This document shows, one piece after another, positions 59,404-64,000 of a stretch of DNA of 64,000 bases. How positions within the stretch are numbered: position 1 is the stretch's first letter; the number at the start of each line of letters is the position of its first letter. The DNA comes from an uncultured Verrucomicrobiae bacterium (GTDB lineage Bacteria > Chlamydiota > Chlamydiia > Chlamydiales > Rhabdochlamydiaceae): contig CAWDYW010000001.1 of NCBI GenBank assembly GCA_963806855.1, positions 736,001-800,000 on the forward strand, in the 5' to 3' direction. Made by a program: the position numbers and the translations under genes. Below the pieces are notes generated by a model. That model worked only from the letters and a program-made list of their open reading frames with translations. It had not been told where the DNA came from and made no database searches.

Positions 59404-60223
59404 GAATATTTACGATGAAATTGGAGTTGTAGCGAAAAGGAATTATCAAAGGATTTCCAATTTCACTCAGCAACTCAAATTATCGCTTGGGATAGATCGA
59501 TTTTGGCGTAATTTTCATCGAATGGATGGCTCCTATTCAGTTTTGGGAAATTATCCTCCATTGGCGGAGGTGTTTTTTGGCCAAAATCTCTATATGGGCC
59601 ACCCATTTTTCCGCAATCCCCGCTTTTTTTCTTCCGGTTATTTGCTTCCTGAGCTTCTAAATCAAAGAGATTACGATGAAACGCAGGGGAGATTAAAAGA
59701 TGGGGGAGATTGCTACCATGTCATGATCTATTTGGTTAAGCACCCTCATGGGGTGACCGAGTATGGTTTTGCCTCAAGTATCTATCGCCCTGGCTTTGAA
59801 TCGATCTATCTAAATTCCCATCAATTGATCATGCGGTTTATCGACGCTTTTGATCAGAATTTTATAGATGACATCAGAGAGGCTGATGAGCGTAGAATCA
59901 ACATTGCCGAATTGATTGGCAAAAAATATCATGACAAGCCAGATCTTCCGAAAACGATACTGGCTCCCGATGAGGAGTTTCAATTTCTTGCCGCATTAGA
60001 AATCAATCCAGATAAAAAGAAAGGGCTTCTGACTTTAACCGAATCGGAAAGAGTCTGTTTGCGCCATTATCTGCATGGAGGCACAACAAAAGAGATCGCA
60101 AAAAAACTGTTTCGCTCACCTAGGACAATCGAAACACATCTTGAACATGCCAAAGGTAAGCTCTGTGTGAATACCCGCTCTAAGCTATTCGACGCTCTGA
60201 TCTCTTATAAAGATTCAATTTAA
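59396..60223 (+). CDS. LuxR-family HTH transcriptional regulator
   Basis: C-terminal 'LTESERVCL...TTKEIAKKLFRSPRTIETHL..AKGKL'; overlaps the cupin stop. Confidence 0.88.
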   Translation: MNKNIYDEIGVVAKRNYQRISNFTQQLKLSLGIDRFWRNFHRMDGSYSVLGNYPPLAEVFFGQNLYMGHPFFRNPRFFSSGYLLPELLNQRDYDETQGRLKDGGDCYHVMIYLVKHPHGVTEYGFASSIYRPGFESIYLNSHQLIMRFIDAFDQNFIDDIREADERRINIAELIGKKYHDKPDLPKTILAPDEEFQFLAALEINPDKKKGLLTLTESERVCLRHYLHGGTTKEIAKKLFRSPRTIETHLEHAKGKLCVNTRSKLFDALISYKDSI

Positions 60224-60272
60224 AAATAAATCTATTGTTGAAGTCTATATTAATTAATAATATAATAATTAC

Positions 60273-61067
60273 GTGAATGTTATTAATAATACAGATTCAT
60301 TTCAAAAATCAATAATAGTGCCGCAGCCCGATAGCCCCTTACGGCCTCAGGTCAGCGAACTAATTAAAACTATTTTTAATGAAATTGTTGTGAGCACCGC
60401 AGCTGTAGGCGTTACCATTCTATTCGTGGCGACCCCGCAAGTGGCAATCTCCTTTATTGTCGTTACAGTGGCGATCTTAGCAATAAATATTTTAGCCAGA
60501 ATTTCCGCAATGGTTTTTCAAGAAAAGGGTCCCTTCAATGCCCCTGCGACAGCAGCCAAGCTGATCCCTCCCTTAACGTTTGGCCTCCTTTATGAGATAA
60601 CAGCCAATACTCTGGTTCACGAGGGTGGACATTATGCTGCTGCTATTTCAACATTCGCAAATTCTCATCCTGAAATCGTCATCGATGGTTTAACTGGAGG
60701 GAAGACCTTTTTAAACTTAGGTAGGGCATTCACCTCATTTGGGAAGTTCTTGGGGCCAGCAAATTCGATGATCCTCATTTGGGCCGGGGGCGCTCTTGCT
60801 GCAATGGTCCTTGCAACGATTGCGATTATTACAGGTCTTAAATTACGTGAAAAACATCCCGAGATAAGCAAATATATGCTTGTTGCAGGAGCCTTTTCAG
60901 TTGTTCAGCATGTCGTTGTAGCCCTTTCAGCGCTAACATCTAATCCATTAGGGGGTGCGGGTAACGATTTCTTATTCCTTTGGGGTTACGGCATACATCC
61001 GCTCATCTCGGTCATCTGCCTGATCGCCATTCCCACGATTGCCCTGATTGGTTATCTATTTGTTTAG
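60273..61067 (+). CDS. M50-family (site-2 protease-like) membrane metallopeptidase
   Basis: 'LVHEGGH', 'AGG' and 'GNDF' within hydrophobic segments. Confidence 0.75.
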   Translation: MNVINNTDSFQKSIIVPQPDSPLRPQVSELIKTIFNEIVVSTAAVGVTILFVATPQVAISFIVVTVAILAINILARISAMVFQEKGPFNAPATAAKLIPPLTFGLLYEITANTLVHEGGHYAAAISTFANSHPEIVIDGLTGGKTFLNLGRAFTSFGKFLGPANSMILIWAGGALAAMVLATIAIITGLKLREKHPEISKYMLVAGAFSVVQHVVVALSALTSNPLGGAGNDFLFLWGYGIHPLISVICLIAIPTIALIGYLFV

Positions 61068-61185
61068 TCATGTCAATAGATTCCGTCTGGAATTAAAAGC
61101 GTCTTTATTAATTGTTAAAATGTCTTAATTCTGATATATTGTACGCGTTGTTTTTGTTAATAATATTAAAAAAGAGGTAAAAAAT

Positions 61186-62172
61186 ATGTCACAAGTATCA
61201 AATGCTCTCCCAATTGCTACAAGTTGGGTAAATTATCCAATTCAATTTTTAAATGATCTCGATCCAAAAATTGATGAAGGGTTTCCAGAAAATGTCCTTC
61301 AAAGAAAAATTGATGCCCTTGCAGTCCAAATTAAAGATAAATTATCTTCATGCAATGGCTTTGATGCTTGGCTTCAAGAGAACAATGCAACCGAGTGGTA
61401 TACGCAGCTTGCAACTTATCTCGTTAAACTCCCCCCTAAGGCGGCGTTAAATGTGATCAATGGCCTTTATAACCTGATTAGCCAAGCGCTCTATTTGGCA
61501 GTTCACCCTGTAAAGGGACTCAATGACCTTGCAAAAAGTGCTATTCTGCTCATCAATGAGCTGACAAAATCTGAGAATTGGGCAAAAATCGGCTCAGGAT
61601 CTATTGGCATGTTGACTGCGCAAGGATTGATTTTAGGTGGTCCAGTATCGCTCATCGGTCTTGGGATTGGCGGAGCGTTGATTGCCGGGGGCATTTGCGC
61701 AGAAACATTACCTGCATTTTTTGAAGCTCAAGAAGGGCAGGAACTCGATGCGCTTTCAGCCAAAATGAGAGAATATGCAAAGCGATTGCCTGAAGCCTTT
61801 CTAACGGGTGTTTTCTCTGGTCTTCTCATCGGCGGGATCAAACGAGCATTTTCAAGCTCGCGCCTGGGTGAAGTTAGAATAAGTACTCGGCCCGAATTTA
61901 CAAAGATCCCTGATGTGGCTCAATATAAGTGGGCAGATTGGAGCAATCTTGTAAAAATTGAACGTGGGATTACTCTTGAACAAGCACAAGCGATTGCAAG
62001 CAGTAATGCAGATATCGACTTCTTCTTCTTTACAAAAGGCTATCAAATGGTCTTAGAAAGCCAGGATTGGCAAAGTTTCAGAGTTTTTCAACAGGGCGAT
62101 GTGGCCTTTTTCTCTGGGGAGCCTTGGTGGGGTACTGCACCAGGACTTGCAGATGGCTATATCAAAATGTAG
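61186..62172 (+). CDS. Hypothetical membrane protein with a compact aromatic-rich C-terminal domain
   Basis: 328 aa; GAGGT RBS; Gly-rich TM hairpin. Confidence 0.75.
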   Translation: MSQVSNALPIATSWVNYPIQFLNDLDPKIDEGFPENVLQRKIDALAVQIKDKLSSCNGFDAWLQENNATEWYTQLATYLVKLPPKAALNVINGLYNLISQALYLAVHPVKGLNDLAKSAILLINELTKSENWAKIGSGSIGMLTAQGLILGGPVSLIGLGIGGALIAGGICAETLPAFFEAQEGQELDALSAKMREYAKRLPEAFLTGVFSGLLIGGIKRAFSSSRLGEVRISTRPEFTKIPDVAQYKWADWSNLVKIERGITLEQAQAIASSNADIDFFFFTKGYQMVLESQDWQSFRVFQQGDVAFFSGEPWWGTAPGLADGYIKM

Positions 62173-62192
62173 CAAGCGCTAGTCTACTTGTC

Positions 62193-62226
62193 AAAAGGGG
62201 GAGTGATTTCACTCCCCCTTTTTTTT
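62193..62226. terminator. Bidirectional intrinsic terminator
   Basis: AAAAGGGGGAGTGA-tt-TCACTCCCCCTTTTTTT. Confidence 0.88.
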
Positions 62227-62263
62227 GACCGTGCGGGATTTTTGGGGGCGTTTGGCTGCCCTA

Positions 62264-63193
62264 TTATTTTGGCCAACACTGCTCATAAGAGAAATCAAAC
62301 TCATCATCTAGGCCTAACGTCTCCTTTGTAAAGCGTTCCCGCACTCCCCCTTTTGCTCTATTGTCAATTTCAGACATCTCATCTTCAGTGAGGGCGAAAT
62401 CACTGATATTGAAGTTCTCACGCATATGCGTCTCATTTTTACTGCCTGGCAAAGGGATGCAACCGTGCTGGATAATCCACTTAATGGCCACTTGAGATGG
62501 AGTCTTTCCATATTTCTGCCCAATTCTAGCCAGAAGGGGATCATGGCTGATACGCCCCCGCCCCAAGGGTGCCCAGGCTTGCACCGTGACTGAATGCGTG
62601 CGGCAGAGATCGATTAGCTCAAAATCGCAAAAATGGGGATGCATTTCAATCTGGACCCATGTGATTGGAACGCCTACTTCTAACGCTCTTTTCAGGTGAT
62701 TAGCCGAGATATTACTGAGGCCAATATGGCGGATCTTACTTGCCATTCTAAATTCATTCATAGCGCCCAATGTCTTTTCTATGGACATTTGGCTATTTGG
62801 AAAGTGGAGGAAATAAGCGTCAAGATACTCGATATTTAGCTCCGCTAAAGTGGCATCCAAATTTTTACGCAAATCTTCAGGAGACTGCTCATCAACCCAT
62901 ACCTTCGAAATCAGATAGAGCTGAGCGCGATCCTTCTCTTTTATGGCCTCAGCAATCCCACCGAAATTCTGATAATAAGTCGCCGTATCAAACATGCGGT
63001 ATCCAATTTGGATAGCTTGCTCAACTGCCTCGGTACAGTCTTGCCCGGTTAAAGGATAAGTTCCATAACCGACTATTGGGTACTCTACCTGATTTATCCA
63101 GCATTTCCCGCTCTCAGTATCAATCTCCACTCCGGTAATTGAAGCAGATAATTCCATGAGCAGCCCTATTGTAAAACCAAACAATTTATTCAT
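62264..63193 (-). CDS. Aldo/keto reductase
   Basis: 'GYGTY', 'GYRMFDTATYY', 'SKVW', 'IGLSN' and 'WAPLG'. Confidence 0.94.
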   Translation of the reverse strand: MNKLFGFTIGLLMELSASITGVEIDTESGKCWINQVEYPIVGYGTYPLTGQDCTEAVEQAIQIGYRMFDTATYYQNFGGIAEAIKEKDRAQLYLISKVWVDEQSPEDLRKNLDATLAELNIEYLDAYFLHFPNSQMSIEKTLGAMNEFRMASKIRHIGLSNISANHLKRALEVGVPITWVQIEMHPHFCDFELIDLCRTHSVTVQAWAPLGRGRISHDPLLARIGQKYGKTPSQVAIKWIIQHGCIPLPGSKNETHMRENFNISDFALTEDEMSEIDNRAKGGVRERFTKETLGLDDEFDFSYEQCWPK

Positions 63194-63199
63194 GTTATA

Positions 63200-64000
63200 C
63201 TAAATTTCTTCTTGTGGCGATTCTATAGAGGGAAGGACAGCAGGATATTCAATTAGCCTTTCTCCCTCTTTTTTGATCTTCTTTTCTATTTTTTTAATAT
63301 CTTCTTCTGCTGGCAATTCTTCAGGATAAATGTTACTTTCTATCAGAACTCTGCGCACTCCTAGGTTATTTTTAATATGCTCTTCTGTGATCCGGTTTTC
63401 TCCCTGCAAGTCTTCCTTTTTGACATTAAAATGCGTGATTTCTCCTACGAAATCCTTAGCTTTAATTGTAATAGTCGGTAAAAAATCAGCTAAGGCTCGA
63501 GATTCAGCTACGCCTAATTTACGCTTCATTTCAATAGTGGTTTTCCCTCCGAAAAGAGCTTGATCCCCCTTGCTACGAATCCTGGCAAAACCCTGGTCAT
63601 CTACTCCATGTTGATAGAGAACGGAAGAGAGCTCTTTTTCCGTTTGCGTGAGTTTATGCCTCGCTTCGAGCCGTTCTAGCATTGCGATGTGTTGTTCGAG
63701 CAGTTCTTGTTTTCTAGTCTGCAGGGCAAAGTAGCTTTGAGCAAAAGCAATAGGCTCTTTGCGAGAATCTCCGTTTTGGGCAATCAAATAACAAGCATAA
63801 CGGGATAGCATGATATCTGGAATTTCTCGCTTGGTACCCGAACCGAGATTGACCATTTTCATGACCTCACGAAAATGGCTAGCTATAAGTGACTTAGAGT
63901 TTAAGCATGCGATTCTCGCTTTCTCAATAACATTCAGAAAATTCTCCCAACTACTATACTCAAAAAGCACCTGAAGATCCCTTGCCATCCAGTATTCAAC
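63200..64000 (-). CDS. dinD: DNA damage-inducible protein D (5' end outside the window)
   Basis: 'YWMARDLQ...Y..WENF', 'LSRYACYLIAQNGDSRKEPIAFAQSYFA' and 'LADFL'. Confidence 0.9.
   Translation of the reverse strand, partial: VEYWMARDLQVLFEYSSWENFLNVIEKARIACLNSKSLIASHFREVMKMVNLGSGTKREIPDIMLSRYACYLIAQNGDSRKEPIAFAQSYFALQTRKQELLEQHIAMLERLEARHKLTQTEKELSSVLYQHGVDDQGFARIRSKGDQALFGGKTTIEMKRKLGVAESRALADFLPTITIKAKDFVGEITHFNVKKEDLQGENRITEEHIKNNLGVRRVLIESNIYPEELPAEEDIKKIEKKIKKEGERLIEYPAVLPSIESPQEEI

Overview
This 64-kb window most likely comes from an environmental chlamydia (Parachlamydiales/Simkania/Rhabdochlamydia-like). That call is an inference from a Chlamydia-like TrpR, a CesT-type T3SS chaperone, Inc-like orphan proteins and a DUF3638-type giant protein. 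Housekeeping and metabolic genes include rlmN, nfi, thiL, maf, trpR, a dapA-like gene, thiM-thiE-thiD-tenA and cyoABCDE. They are interspersed with many AT-rich orphan or effector-like genes. The main points of interest are: (i) an ~11.3-kb gene split by three single-base frameshifts, encoding a candidate Cys-protease plus SF2/P-loop (DUF3638-like) protein of ~3,780 aa; (ii) a signal-peptide-bearing Fic + HxGH nucleotidyltransferase (NadD-like) fusion bracketed by MITE sequences, inside an islet bounded by a duplicated tenA 3' end; (iii) a T3SS chaperone translationally coupled to a GlnD/DUF294-type nucleotidyltransferase; (iv) a duplicated-flank cargo slot at 32.5-35.5 kb; (v) three families of palindromic miniature elements, one with a compensatory base-pair change between copies; (vi) a possibly truncated TPP riboswitch. 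Frameshifts in cyoB, the giant gene, and the TetR and SnoaL-like genes look like sequencing indels. No rRNA, tRNA, CRISPR array or transposase was recognised. Family assignments come from recalled motifs, not database searches.
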